NCBI GenBank assembly: GCA_946497775.1
Contig: CAMMLS010000001.1
Span: 32,280 to 96,279, forward strand
Direction: 5' to 3'
Length of the DNA stretch: 64,000 bases
DNA from: an uncultured Clostridium sp.
GTDB lineage: Bacteria > Bacillota > Clostridia > TANB77 > CAG-508
The notes beneath the pieces are model-generated. The model was not told the DNA's origin. It saw only the letters and a program-made list of their open reading frames with translations, and searched no databases. Both the position numbers and the translations under genes were made by a program. How positions within the stretch are numbered: the stretch's first letter is position 1; each line of letters starts with the position of its first letter. Below are positions 37,853 to 48,534 of the stretch, piece by piece.

Positions 37853-38608
37853 ATGGTTGAAATAATAGCAGCAATAATAGCATTTATAATTGGAACTTTT
37901 CTTGGAAGTTTCTATACACTTGCAGTATATAGAATACCTATAAAACAAGATATTACACATGAAAGATCATATTGCCCAAAATGTAATCATAGATTAAATT
38001 TCTTAGATTTAGTACCTGTTTTTAGCTATATTTTTTTAAGAGGAAAATGTAGATATTGCAAAGAAAAAATAAGACCAAGATATTTAATTTTAGAAATAGT
38101 TTCAGGATTAGCTTTTATGTTTTATATCTTATCTCTAAACCTAAATTTATATAATATTGTGCCTGGAGATATAATTAAAGTATTTTTTGGAATGATATAT
38201 ATTAGTATATTTGCAATAACTGCTGGTATTGATTTCGAAAATAAAAAAATAGAAAAAGGCATGATGGTATTTACTACAATAACAACCATAATATATATGC
38301 TATATCTATATATACTAGGAGTTAATATGTATAGATATGTTATATATTTTATGATAATAATATGCCTACTTGCAATAGATAGGATAAAACCAAGTTATAC
38401 ACTTGATATTGTAACATACATGCTATTAATATTATTATATATGGGAACTGAGGCAACAATAGAAATAATAGCAATAACATTTATTGCAATAGCAATAAAA
38501 AGCATTATTAATATTGTTAGAAAAAAAGAATTTAAACCAGCAATTGGTGCTATATTTTCAATTGTTTCTGTATGTGTATTAATTGTACAAAATTTTATTA
38601 CAGTTTAG
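37853..38608 (+). CDS. pilD: Prepilin peptidase (A24 family)
   Basis: 251 aa and polytopic. Zinc-finger-like CPKCNHRL..CRYCKEKI and PRYLILE. Confidence 0.8.
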   Translation: MVEIIAAIIAFIIGTFLGSFYTLAVYRIPIKQDITHERSYCPKCNHRLNFLDLVPVFSYIFLRGKCRYCKEKIRPRYLILEIVSGLAFMFYILSLNLNLYNIVPGDIIKVFFGMIYISIFAITAGIDFENKKIEKGMMVFTTITTIIYMLYLYILGVNMYRYVIYFMIIICLLAIDRIKPSYTLDIVTYMLLILLYMGTEATIEIIAITFIAIAIKSIINIVRKKEFKPAIGAIFSIVSVCVLIVQNFITV

Positions 38609-38618
38609 GGTGAGAAAA

Positions 38619-39476
38619 ATGGAAAAAATAAAGTCAAATGGAGGTTATAGTGGAATAGAAATTGCTATTTCATTAGGAATAATATCAATTACTCTTGTAA
38701 TATTGGCAGCACTATATTTTAATATGTATATAGGAAATATAGAAATAGAAAGAAGAACACAGGCTTTAAATTATGCATCACAAATATTTGAAAAAGTTTC
38801 AGAGTATTATTATTCAGAAGTAACACCAGAAAATTTTGCAATTACACAAAATTCAAGTGGAAATAATGAAGTAGCTGGAATAGAAATTCCAAAATCATAT
38901 GAAGTGTTAGTAAATATACAAAATTATAAAACCAATGAGGCAACAGATGTAGTAAAAAATGTACAAATTACAATTACCTATAAAGTAGGAAATAAAGATA
39001 ATACAATAACATTAAATAGATTTAAAACAAAAGAGGTATTAATAACACCTAATAAGCCAATACTTGAAGATAATATGACAGCTGTAAAAGTACAAAAAAC
39101 AGGAAGTACATCTACCTATAAAACTACTACAACAATAGATAGTGATTGGTATAATTATTTCCAAAAAAGATGGGCATTAGCAAAAGATAATTCTACCGGA
39201 AATGAAGTTGTAGGAACTGATTTATTTGTTTGGATACCAAGATATGCATATTATCTAGACTCAAATCAAAACTTAAATATTGAATTTTTATATGCTGATA
39301 AAAACCAAAAAGTAGATGAATATGGCAATTTAGTAGACATTTCATCTGAATACATTGTAGACAGCAAATTCTCAGGTGATAATAAAAATGGATATTGGAT
39401 AAAAATTTCAGAAATAGAAAATGATGAAACAGCAAAAAGATTAAATAATTCACAATATGGAAATTTAATATATTAG
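38619..39476 (+). CDS. Minor pilin / pseudopilin-like protein
   Basis: MEKIKSNGG|YSGIEIAISLGIISITLVILAALYF has a prepilin motif with Glu at +5. The start is taken at ATG 38619 (RBS AGGGTGAG). Confidence 0.55.
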   Translation: MEKIKSNGGYSGIEIAISLGIISITLVILAALYFNMYIGNIEIERRTQALNYASQIFEKVSEYYYSEVTPENFAITQNSSGNNEVAGIEIPKSYEVLVNIQNYKTNEATDVVKNVQITITYKVGNKDNTITLNRFKTKEVLITPNKPILEDNMTAVKVQKTGSTSTYKTTTTIDSDWYNYFQKRWALAKDNSTGNEVVGTDLFVWIPRYAYYLDSNQNLNIEFLYADKNQKVDEYGNLVDISSEYIVDSKFSGDNKNGYWIKISEIENDETAKRLNNSQYGNLIY

Positions 39477-39567
39477 ATGGAAAATAAATGTAACTTATGA
39501 CGAAGTATTTATTACGAACGTAAATTATTGTATAATTTATAATAGAAGGGAACAAAGGTGAAAATTC

Positions 39568-41197
39568 ATGGAAAGTAGAAATAAATTACCAATAGGAATT
39601 GAATTAGTAAAAAGAGGTTTAATATCAGAAGATGATGTAAACAAAGCAATAGAATACCAGAAATCTAATCCAGGTAAAAAATTAGGTGATATTATAAAAA
39701 TATTACATCTATGTGATGAATATAGATTAATTGAAGCCATTGGAGAAATTTTAGGTGAAAAAGCAATATTACTTACAAAATCAGATATAACCATTAATAT
39801 AACTGATTATATATCACTAGATGTAGCAAAACAATGTATGGCAATCCCTTTTGAAATATCTAATGGAAGAATAAAAGTATGTTTTGCAGATACTTCAAAT
39901 AAAAAATCAACAGATATTATAAGACTTTTATTACTAAATAAAGGCTTAATAATGGATAAGTATATTACATTTGCAAGCAATATGGAAGAAATATTTGAAT
40001 CATTAGAAGGAAAAGCAACAGATAAAATCGAAGAGGGAAGAGATGTAACAAGCCTAATAGACAATATCATAAAAACTGCAATGAGCAAAAGAGCTAGTGA
40101 TATACATATAGAACCACAAGAAAACAATATAAGAGTACGTTACAGAATAGATGGGGTTTTATTAACAGTAGCAACTTTATCAAAAGAAAAACAAAATCAG
40201 ATAATAGGAAGATTAAAAGCTATTTCAAATATGCACCAAGAGAAACAAGAATCACAAGACCGGTAGAATATTACTATATCCAGATTATAATATACGTGTT
40301 TCATCACAGAAAAATGTTTATGGAGAAAAATTCGTGTTAAGATTATTAAAGAAAAAATCTGATATTTTAACATTAAAACAATTAGGATTTCCAAAAAGTG
40401 ATGAAGAAGCTATAAAGATATTTGATAGAAAAAACAGTATAACAATAGTTGCTGCTCCAACAGGAGAAGGAAAAACAACAACATTATATAGTATAATAGA
40501 TATGCTAAACAAAGCAGACGTAAATATAACAACAATTGAAGACCCAGTAGAAATAAGAATTGCAGGTTTAAATCAAATAGAAGTTGATCCAAAGGCAAGC
40601 TTTTCAGATTCTTTAAGAACAGTTTTAAGACAAGACCCAGACACAATATTAGTAGGAGAAATAAGAGACCTAGAAACAGCAGAAATAGCAATGCAATCTG
40701 GACAAACAGGACATTATGTATTATCTACAATACACACAATGGATGCAGTAGAAGTAATTACAAGATTAAGAAAACTAGGAATATCAAACTATGATATTGC
40801 AAGTACTCTTGGATTATCTGTATCACAAAGATTAGTAAGAAGGATATGTACAAAATGTGCACATGAAAGAGATTTTACAAAAGAAGAAATTGAGATTATA
40901 AAAAAAGTTGGAGAAAAATATGGCATAAAATTTGATTTAAATGGCAAAAAAACATATTCGTCTGTTGGTTGTGAACATTGCGATCATACAGGTTTTTATG
41001 GCAGAGTAGCAGTATTTGAATTATTAGACATGACAGAAGATTTAAAAGAAATGGTAATTAATGATGAGTCAACAATAGAAATAAGAAAAAAAGCAATTCA
41101 AATTGGCTATAAACCATTAGTTGTAGATGGAATACAAAAGGTTATAGATGGTATTACAACATTACAAGAACTGAACAAGAAATTGCTTATATACTAA
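39568..41197 (+). CDS. pilB: Type IV pilus assembly ATPase PilB (GspE family); needs a +1 shift at CGG 40261-40263
   Basis: The N-part is a T2SSE_N-like domain ending ..IHIEPQENNIRVRYRIDGVL..NMHQEKQESQD. The C-part is GRILLYPDYNIRVSS..VAAPTGEGKTTTLYS (Walker A) plus the tetracysteine CTKC..CEHC. The 0-frame codon after CGG is TAG. Confidence 0.8.
40261..40263 (+). other. Putative +1 recoding site (GAC CGG T, next 0-frame codon TAG)
   Basis: In-frame CGG of ORF 39568..40266. The conserved QDGR motif is restored by reading GGT at 40262. Confidence 0.65.
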
Positions 41198-41218
41198 TGA
41201 ATTGGAGGAAATTTTATT

Positions 41219-42316
41219 ATGTTACAAATGGAAAAAATTTTAGATGAAGCGATAGAAAAAGATGCGTCAGATATCCACCTAATAAATGGACTTAAACCAA
41301 TGCTTAGAATATCAAGAGATTTATCTAGCATAGAAGAAATGGATACATTAACAGAAGATGATATGTGGGAAATGTACGACTTTTTCATAAGAGGAAATGT
41401 TGAAAATGATGAATTATTTAGAAAAACAAGAAGACTTGATACATCTTATGAATATCATGAAATACGTTTAAGAGTAAATATTTCATTATCAGACGATATA
41501 CCTGTTGCTACACTTAGAATTATAAAAAACGAATTACCTAAATTTGAAGATTTAGGAGTACCAGATATAGTGAGAAGAATGACATATCAACCACAAGGTT
41601 TAATATTGGTAACTGGTAAAACAAACTCTGGTAAAACTACAACATTGAATGCATTAATAAATGAAATAAACGAAAAACAAAATAAAAAAATATTGACATT
41701 GGAAAATCCAATTGAGTATAAGCATACATCTAAAAAATCTATAATTGTACAAAAAGAAGTAGGAATCGGAAAAGATGCACTAAATTTTAGTGATGGTGTA
41801 AAAAATTCATTAAGAGAAGACTGCGATATATTAGTAATAGGAGAAATAAGAGACAAAGAAACTATGAATGCTGCAATTGAAATGGCAGAATCAGGACACT
41901 TAGTTATAGGAACATTGCATACAAAATCATGTGCAGAAACAATAGATAGAATGATAAACTTTTATCAAATCAGTGATCAATCAAGTGTTAAATATTTAAT
42001 TTCTTCATTGTTAAAATTAGTTATATCACAAAGGCTATTAAAAGGTACAGACGGGAAATTAGTATTAGTACCAGAAGTAATGGTAGTAGACAATGTAATA
42101 GCAGGATATATAAGAAAGGAAAAATTAAGTGTATCTGAAATAGAAGATGCAGTGCAAACAAATATTGATAAAGGAAGTATAAGTTTAATAAATTCTATTG
42201 CAAGATTATTTGTTGATGGAAGAATAACATTAGAACAAGCAAAAGCACAAATAGAAGAAAAGAATTTAGATACATTAAATAGAACAATAATGCAACTTAA
42301 AATAAGACAAGCATAA
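41219..42316 (+). CDS. pilT: Twitching-motility (retraction) ATPase PilT
   Basis: 365 aa. ASDIHL, Walker A GKTNSGKTTT, ILVIGEIRD, GHLVIGTLHT. Confidence 0.85.
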   Translation: MLQMEKILDEAIEKDASDIHLINGLKPMLRISRDLSSIEEMDTLTEDDMWEMYDFFIRGNVENDELFRKTRRLDTSYEYHEIRLRVNISLSDDIPVATLRIIKNELPKFEDLGVPDIVRRMTYQPQGLILVTGKTNSGKTTTLNALINEINEKQNKKILTLENPIEYKHTSKKSIIVQKEVGIGKDALNFSDGVKNSLREDCDILVIGEIRDKETMNAAIEMAESGHLVIGTLHTKSCAETIDRMINFYQISDQSSVKYLISSLLKLVISQRLLKGTDGKLVLVPEVMVVDNVIAGYIRKEKLSVSEIEDAVQTNIDKGSISLINSIARLFVDGRITLEQAKAQIEEKNLDTLNRTIMQLKIRQA

Positions 42317-42332
42317 GAAAGGAGGGAAACAC

Positions 42333-43671
42333 ATGCCTTTATATGTATATAGAGCATTAACCAAAGACGGACACATTGTAAGAAATAAAATAGAAGATTC
42401 TAGTAAAAACTCTGTAATAAGAAAAATAAAAAGAAATGAATTAACCCCAATTAGTGTAGTTCAATTAAAAACAAAAACACAGAGAAATAAGAAAAATGTA
42501 AAAAATGTAGAAGAAATGCTTGAAAACTTAAATAACGGAAATGTTATTAAAAAAACTAAAAAAAGAAAAGTATCTACAAAAGAAAAAATTTCAAATGCAT
42601 TAATTAGGACTAATAAAATAACTCCAAGAGATATAATTGTATTTACACAAAAATTTTATTTACTAAAAAAAGCAAATTTTAACAATATACATGCTCTAAC
42701 TACAATAATAGAAAGTACAGAACATCCAAAGCTTAAAGAAATTCTAGAAGACATGTTAGCTGGATTAGAAGCTGGTGAAAATATGTATTCAACTATGGAA
42801 TACTATCCAGATGTATTCCCATATATATATGTTAATATGATTAAAGTTGGAGAACTATCACGGTTCACTAACAACATCATTAGAACAAGGAGTAAAATAT
42901 TTAGAAGAATTAACAACAGTAAATAAAAGAATTAAGAAAATATTATTGCCAAACATTATACAATTTGTTGCAATTTTAGTTATGCTTGTTGTTGGAACAA
43001 TATTTGTAATTCCAATTATTCAAAATGTATTTGACCAAGTAGGAACGGAAGATGAATTGCCACCAATAACACAGTGGTTTTCTAATTTCTTAGATAGCCT
43101 TGTGGAATTTTGGTACATTCCAGTATTAGTTATTTTGGCAATAATAGGATTAATAGTATTTTATATTAATACTCCAAAAGGAAAATACAATTGGCATTAT
43201 TTTAAATATACAATGCCAATATTTGGACAATTAATTTATGCATTAGATTTTTCACGATTTATGAGAGCAGTTTTATTAAATGTTGAAAATGGTGTTAGAA
43301 TACAAGATGCACTAGAAGTAAGTAAAAATGTTGTGCATAATTATGTTTTACTATCAGTAATAGAAACTTCAATAAACAATATTTTAATTGGACAATCTTG
43401 GATAGAGCCATTTGAGAAAACTGGACTTTCATCACCAATGATAACTGAAATGCTTAAAATAGGTATGCAAACAGACTTGGCAGAAATGATGACAAAACTA
43501 GTAGAATATATGCAAATAGATATTGATAATATTATGGAAAAAATTATGAAAGCACTACCAGAACTAGTTTACTCAGTAGTAGGTATATTATTAGTATTCT
43601 TTGTATTAGTAGTACTTGTACCATTAATTAAAGTATATATGGGTTCATTCCTATTCTCAGCATATTTATAA
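42333..43671 (+). CDS. pilC: Type IV pilus platform protein PilC (GspF family); needs a +1 shift at CGG 42861-42863
   Basis: Track ORFs 42333..42926 and 42847..43671 join as ..YVNMIKVGELS|GSLTTSLEQGVKYLEE.. (the conserved GExSG motif). The topology is polytopic. Confidence 0.8.
42861..42863 (+). other. Putative +1 recoding site (TCA CGG T)
   Basis: In-frame CGG of ORF 42333..42926. Homology continues at GGT 42862. Confidence 0.65.
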
Positions 43672-43678
43672 ATTGCAT

Positions 43679-43714
43679 AAAACAAAAGGATGTATCTGTT
43701 ACATCCTTTTGTTT
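43679..43714 (+). terminator. Rho-independent terminator of the pil operon
   Basis: AACAAAAGGATGTA..TACATCCTTTTGTT followed by T. Confidence 0.75.
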
Positions 43715-43740
43715 AGTTTAATGTAGTAAAGGAGAAAAAA

Positions 43741-44640
43741 ATGAAAATTGGGATTGATTTAGGCGGTAGCCATATAGGTTTAGGAATAATAGAAAGTGGA
43801 AAAGTAGTATATAAAGTGGAAAAAGACTTAAAAGATAATGAAAAAGGAGAAGAAAATATTTTAAATTTACTTATTTCAGAAATAAAATCAATTATTAATC
43901 AAAATGATATAAAAATAGAAGAAATTGAAAAAATAGGAATAGCATGTCCTGGAATTGTAGAAAATGGAACAATAAGAAGGGCAAATAATTTAAAAATAGA
44001 AAAATTAGATATGAAAGAAAAATTAGAGAAAGTATTTAAAAACATTCCTATAAAAATAAGAAATGATGCAAAATGTGCTGCATTAGCAGAAAAACATTTT
44101 GGAATATTAAAAGAATATGATAATGCAATAATGCTTACAATAGGAACAGGAATAGGAGGAGCGGTTTTTTATAATGGAAAATTATTAGAAGGGAAAAAAA
44201 GTGAAGCATTTGAAATAGGACATATGATTATAAATAAAAACGGAGAGAAATGTAGCTGTAACTCAAATGGTTGCTTTGAAGCGTATGCATCAATTGGAAA
44301 TTTAAGAAAAAAAGTTCAAAAAGAACTAAAAATAGAAAACGAAATTACAGGTGTTGAACTTGTAAAAATCTTAAAAAATGATAACAAACTAAAAATAATT
44401 AACATCATACTAGAAGAATACATAAATAATTTAGCAATAGGCATTTCAAACTTGATAAATATATTTGAACCAGAAATAATAGCACTTGGAGGTAGTATTG
44501 TTTATTATGATGATATAATATTACCAAAATTAAAAGAAATATTAGAAAAAGAAGAATATATATTTAATAAAAAAGCCCTACCACTAATTGTAATGGCAAC
44601 ATTAAACAATGATGCCGGAATGATAGGTTCAACAATTTAA
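43741..44640 (+). CDS. ROK-family sugar kinase (glucokinase-like)
   Basis: 299 aa. GIDLGGSHIG, the ROK zinc motif CSCNSNGCFEAY, and GIGGAVF. Confidence 0.8.
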   Translation: MKIGIDLGGSHIGLGIIESGKVVYKVEKDLKDNEKGEENILNLLISEIKSIINQNDIKIEEIEKIGIACPGIVENGTIRRANNLKIEKLDMKEKLEKVFKNIPIKIRNDAKCAALAEKHFGILKEYDNAIMLTIGTGIGGAVFYNGKLLEGKKSEAFEIGHMIINKNGEKCSCNSNGCFEAYASIGNLRKKVQKELKIENEITGVELVKILKNDNKLKIINIILEEYINNLAIGISNLINIFEPEIIALGGSIVYYDDIILPKLKEILEKEEYIFNKKALPLIVMATLNNDAGMIGSTI

Positions 44641-44711
44641 TTAATGTATTGAAAAAAAAACAAATATGTGATATAAATTAGTAAATCGAGCATTTCGGAG
44701 GAAACATTATA

Positions 44712-45747
44712 TTGAAGAAAAATATAAAAGATTATAATTTAGACGAGTTAAAACAAGAATTTATAGAAATTGGTGAAAAACCTTTTAGAGCAGAACAAGT
44801 ATTTAAATGGATATGGCAAGATAATTCTACAGATTTTCAGAGCATGACTAACTTATCAAAAGAACTTAGAAAAAAACTAGATGAAATATACATAATAAAG
44901 AATTTTGAAATATTAAAAAAACAAGAATCCAAAGATGGTACAAAAAAATATTTATTTGACATCTTAGATGGCGGAAATGCAATAGAAACAGTTTTAATGG
45001 AATATAAATATGGAAAAACATTATGTGTATCATCACAAATAGGATGTAAAATGGGATGTAAATTTTGTGCATCAACAGGTATTCCATTTGTAAGAAGTCT
45101 AACAAGTCGGTGAAATTGCAGAACAAATATTAGCAGTACAAAGAGATGAAAATATTAGAATATCTAATATTGTTTTTATGGGAATAGGAGAACCCCTAGA
45201 CAATTATGATAATGTAGTAAAAGCAATAAGAATATTAAATAATCCAAAAGGATTAGCAATAGGGGCAAGACATATTAGTGTATCAACAAGCGGTTTAGTA
45301 CCTAAAATTTATGCCTTAGCAGATGAACAAATTCAATGTACATTATCTATTTCACTTCACAGCCCAATAGATGAAAAAAGAAGTGAAATAATGCCAGTAA
45401 ATAAAGTATATAATATAGAAAAATTGATACAGGCATGTAAATATTATATAGAAAAAACAGGAAGAAGAGTATCTTTTGAGTATGCCTTAGCAAAAGATAA
45501 TAATGACAATTTAGAAGATGCCAAAAAGCTTATTAAACTAATAAAAGGAATGAATTGTCATGTGAATTTAATACCAATAAATAAAATAGAAAATGGAAAA
45601 TTTACAAAAAGCACAAACGAAAATATTATAAAATTTAGAGATTATTTAAACGAACATGGAATAGTAGCAACAATAAGAAGAGAATTAGGTTCAGATATAG
45701 ATGCGGCATGTGGTCAATTAAGAAGAAAAAACCTAAAAAATAGTTAA
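44712..45747 (+). CDS. rlmN: 23S rRNA/tRNA m2A methyltransferase RlmN (radical SAM); needs a +1 shift at CGG 45108-45110
   Basis: TTG start. Radical-SAM motif CVSSQIGCKMGCKFCAST. The junction is ..[40 protein letters not shown]... The 0-frame codon after CGG is TGA. Confidence 0.85.
45108..45110 (+). other. Putative +1 recoding site (AGT CGG T, next 0-frame codon TGA)
   Basis: In-frame CGG of ORF 44712..45113. Homology continues at GGT 45109 and is open through to ORF 45178..45747. Confidence 0.65.
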
Positions 45748-45756
45748 GGAGGAACA

Positions 45757-46491
45757 ATGAGAGTTTTTGCAGGTACCGATATTGGGAAGGCAAGAGAAAA
45801 AAATCAAGATTTTTATTATATATCGCATAACTTAGATGAAATAAAGCTCTGTATCTTAGCAGATGGAATGGGAGGATATGCAGGAGGAGAAGTAGCTAGC
45901 AATTTAGCAGTTATTTCTGTAAAAAATTATATATATAACAATTATTCAAAAATAAAGCTAGAAACAGATGAAATAATAAATCTACTTAAAGATGCAACAC
46001 AGTATGCTAATATGGTAGTATACGAAAAAACTAAACAGGCTGCTGAATTAGAAGATATGGGAACAACATTAGAAGTAGCCCTTCTAGTAGATGACAAGAT
46101 GTATATAAGTCATATAGGAGATAGTAGAATATACAAAATAGTAGGAAATAAAATGAAACAATTGACAAAAGATCATAGTTATGTGGAAAAATTAATAAAT
46201 GATGGAACAATAACAGAAGAAGAAGCAAAAACACATCCACAAAAACACATGTTAACAAGGGCACTTGGTTGTACAGCCTATGTAGAACCAGATTTATTAG
46301 TTGAAAAATTAGAAAAAAATGATACAATATTAATCTGTTCAGATGGATTAACAAATATGTTGAGTGAAGAGGAAATAATTACAATTATTAATAATAATCC
46401 AGAACAGCCAAATAAAGAATTAATAGCTGCTGCGAATAAAGCAGGAGGATGTGACAATATAACAGTAATTCTTATTAAAGATGAAGATTAA
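45757..46491 (+). CDS. prpC: PP2C-family Ser/Thr phosphatase
   Basis: 244 aa. ADGMGGYAGGEVAS, CSDGLTN, GGCDNITV. Precedes prkC as in Bacillus. Confidence 0.88.
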   Translation: MRVFAGTDIGKAREKNQDFYYISHNLDEIKLCILADGMGGYAGGEVASNLAVISVKNYIYNNYSKIKLETDEIINLLKDATQYANMVVYEKTKQAAELEDMGTTLEVALLVDDKMYISHIGDSRIYKIVGNKMKQLTKDHSYVEKLINDGTITEEEAKTHPQKHMLTRALGCTAYVEPDLLVEKLEKNDTILICSDGLTNMLSEEEIITIINNNPEQPNKELIAAANKAGGCDNITVILIKDED

Positions 46492-46512
46492 AAATTAAGG
46501 AGAGATGCAAAA

Positions 46513-48468
46513 ATGAACTTAGAAGGAAGATTAATAGGAAATAGATATGAAATTCTAGAAAAGATTGGAAACGGTGGTATGGCAACAGTATATAAAGCTA
46601 GATGCCATGTATTAAATCGTAATGTAGCAGTAAAAGTGTTAAAAGAAGAATTTACAACAGATGCAGAATTTGTTAAAAGATTTAATATTGAAGCACAAGC
46701 TGCCGCAAGTTTAAGTCATCCTAATATAGTTTCAATTTACGATGTAGGAAACGAAGGGGAGATTTATTATATTGTAATGGAATTAGTACAAGGAAAAACA
46801 CTAAAAGAAATAATAACAGATGACGGAATTTTACCTTGGAAATGGACAGTTAATATAGCAATACAAATTGCATCTGCCTTAGAGGTAGCACATAGAAATA
46901 ACATAGTACACAGAGATATAAAACCACATAATATAATCATAACTGAAAATGGAACAGCCAAAGTTACAGACTTTGGAATTGCAAAAGCAGTATCAAACTC
47001 TACAATAACATCATTTGGAGCAACAATAGGTTCAGTACATTATTTTTCTCCTGAACATGCAAGAGGAGGATATACAGATGCAAAATCTGATTTATATTCA
47101 TTAGGTGTTGTAATGTATGAGATGTTAACAGGAAAAGTACCATTTGATGCAGATACACCAGTATCAGTAGCATTGAAGCATATGCAAGAAACTCCAGAAG
47201 AACCTAAAAAATTAAATTCAACGATACCAGAAAGTGTTAATAAAATAATTATAAAAGCAATGCAAAAAGATCCTAACCTAAGATATTCATCAGCAACAGA
47301 AATGCTTGTAGATTTAAGAGAGGCTGTAAAAAATCCAAATGGAAATTTTGTAGTAATGAATAGAGCTGGAATTGATGAACCAACAAGAATAATAAGAACA
47401 GATGGAGAAGAAGAAAGTAAAAAAGAAAATAAAAAACAAAGTATATTTAAAAAGAAATGGGCTAAAGTTTTGCTAATAATATTAATATGTTTACTAGTAT
47501 TTGGAGGAGCAATGTTTGCAACATTAAATATGCTAAATGGAAATAGACCAAAAGAAGTTCAAATACCAAGTTTAGTAGGATTAAATATAGATGAAGCAAA
47601 AGCAAAATTAGATGAGTTAAATTTAAAATATGAAGTAACAGAAGAATTTTCACCAGAAGGAAAAGAAGAAGGACTAGTATTATCACAAGAACCAAAATAT
47701 CAAGATAACTATAAAATAAATGAAACAGAAGTTATTAAACTTGTAGTAAGTAAAGGAATAGAAATGGTAGAAATACCAAAAGTAGCAGGAGATACAAAAG
47801 AAGAAGCAATTGAAAAATTAGAAGCTGTAAACTTAAAATATGAAATAACAGAAGAAACAAACGATAAAATAGAAGAAGGAATTGTTATAAAACAAGAACC
47901 AGCAGCAGGAGAAGAAATAGCAAAAGATAGTACAGTAAAAATATTTGTAAGTTTAGGTAGAGGAATAAAAGAAGTTACAGTACCATATGTTATAGGAAAA
48001 ACCGAAAAAGAAGCAAGAAAAATGCTAGAAGATGCAGGTTTAACAGTAGAAACTGTAAGATATGAAACAGACACAACAAAACCAAATGGACAGGTATTAA
48101 AACAAGGAATAGAAGCAGACAAAGTAGTAGATGAAAAAACACCAGTATCATTAACAGTAAACAAATTAGAAGAAATAAAAACAGGAACATTAAATATTAA
48201 TTTAAAATCATTATTAAGATATCAAAAAGAATATGATGAAGAAGGAAAAGAAGTTCCAGCAGAGAGTGTAGAAGTAGAAGTAAGAGTAACATCAAATGGC
48301 TCAGAAGATACAGTATACAAAAAATCACATAAAGAAGATACTGAAAAAATATCAGTACCAATAGAAGGTGTTGGAACTGTAACAGTCAAAGTATTTATAG
48401 ATGGTGTAAGAGAAAGACAAGAAAATATGGACTTATCATCAGGAAGCGCTGTACTAAACATCGACTAA
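46513..48468 (+). CDS. prkC: Ser/Thr protein kinase with three PASTA domains
   Basis: 651 aa. GGMATVYKA, HRDIKPHNI, DFGIA, then a TM and three PASTA repeats (VQIPSLVGL.., VEIPKVAGD.., VTVPYVIGK..). Confidence 0.9.
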   Translation: MNLEGRLIGNRYEILEKIGNGGMATVYKARCHVLNRNVAVKVLKEEFTTDAEFVKRFNIEAQAAASLSHPNIVSIYDVGNEGEIYYIVMELVQGKTLKEIITDDGILPWKWTVNIAIQIASALEVAHRNNIVHRDIKPHNIIITENGTAKVTDFGIAKAVSNSTITSFGATIGSVHYFSPEHARGGYTDAKSDLYSLGVVMYEMLTGKVPFDADTPVSVALKHMQETPEEPKKLNSTIPESVNKIIIKAMQKDPNLRYSSATEMLVDLREAVKNPNGNFVVMNRAGIDEPTRIIRTDGEEESKKENKKQSIFKKKWAKVLLIILICLLVFGGAMFATLNMLNGNRPKEVQIPSLVGLNIDEAKAKLDELNLKYEVTEEFSPEGKEEGLVLSQEPKYQDNYKINETEVIKLVVSKGIEMVEIPKVAGDTKEEAIEKLEAVNLKYEITEETNDKIEEGIVIKQEPAAGEEIAKDSTVKIFVSLGRGIKEVTVPYVIGKTEKEARKMLEDAGLTVETVRYETDTTKPNGQVLKQGIEADKVVDEKTPVSLTVNKLEEIKTGTLNINLKSLLRYQKEYDEEGKEVPAESVEVEVRVTSNGSEDTVYKKSHKEDTEKISVPIEGVGTVTVKVFIDGVRERQENMDLSSGSAVLNID

Positions 48469-48534
48469 AAGAAAGGTCCCCAAAGGGACTTTTCTTTTGG
48501 ACAAAAATAATAAATTAAAAGGAGAGAAAATAAA

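Noticed and set aside
48469-48534. Absence of rsgA (cpgA) between prkC and rpe, where it sits in B. subtilis.
   Set aside because: The 66-bp spacer contains only a terminator and an RBS. The gene may simply be elsewhere in the genome, which cannot be evaluated from this window.
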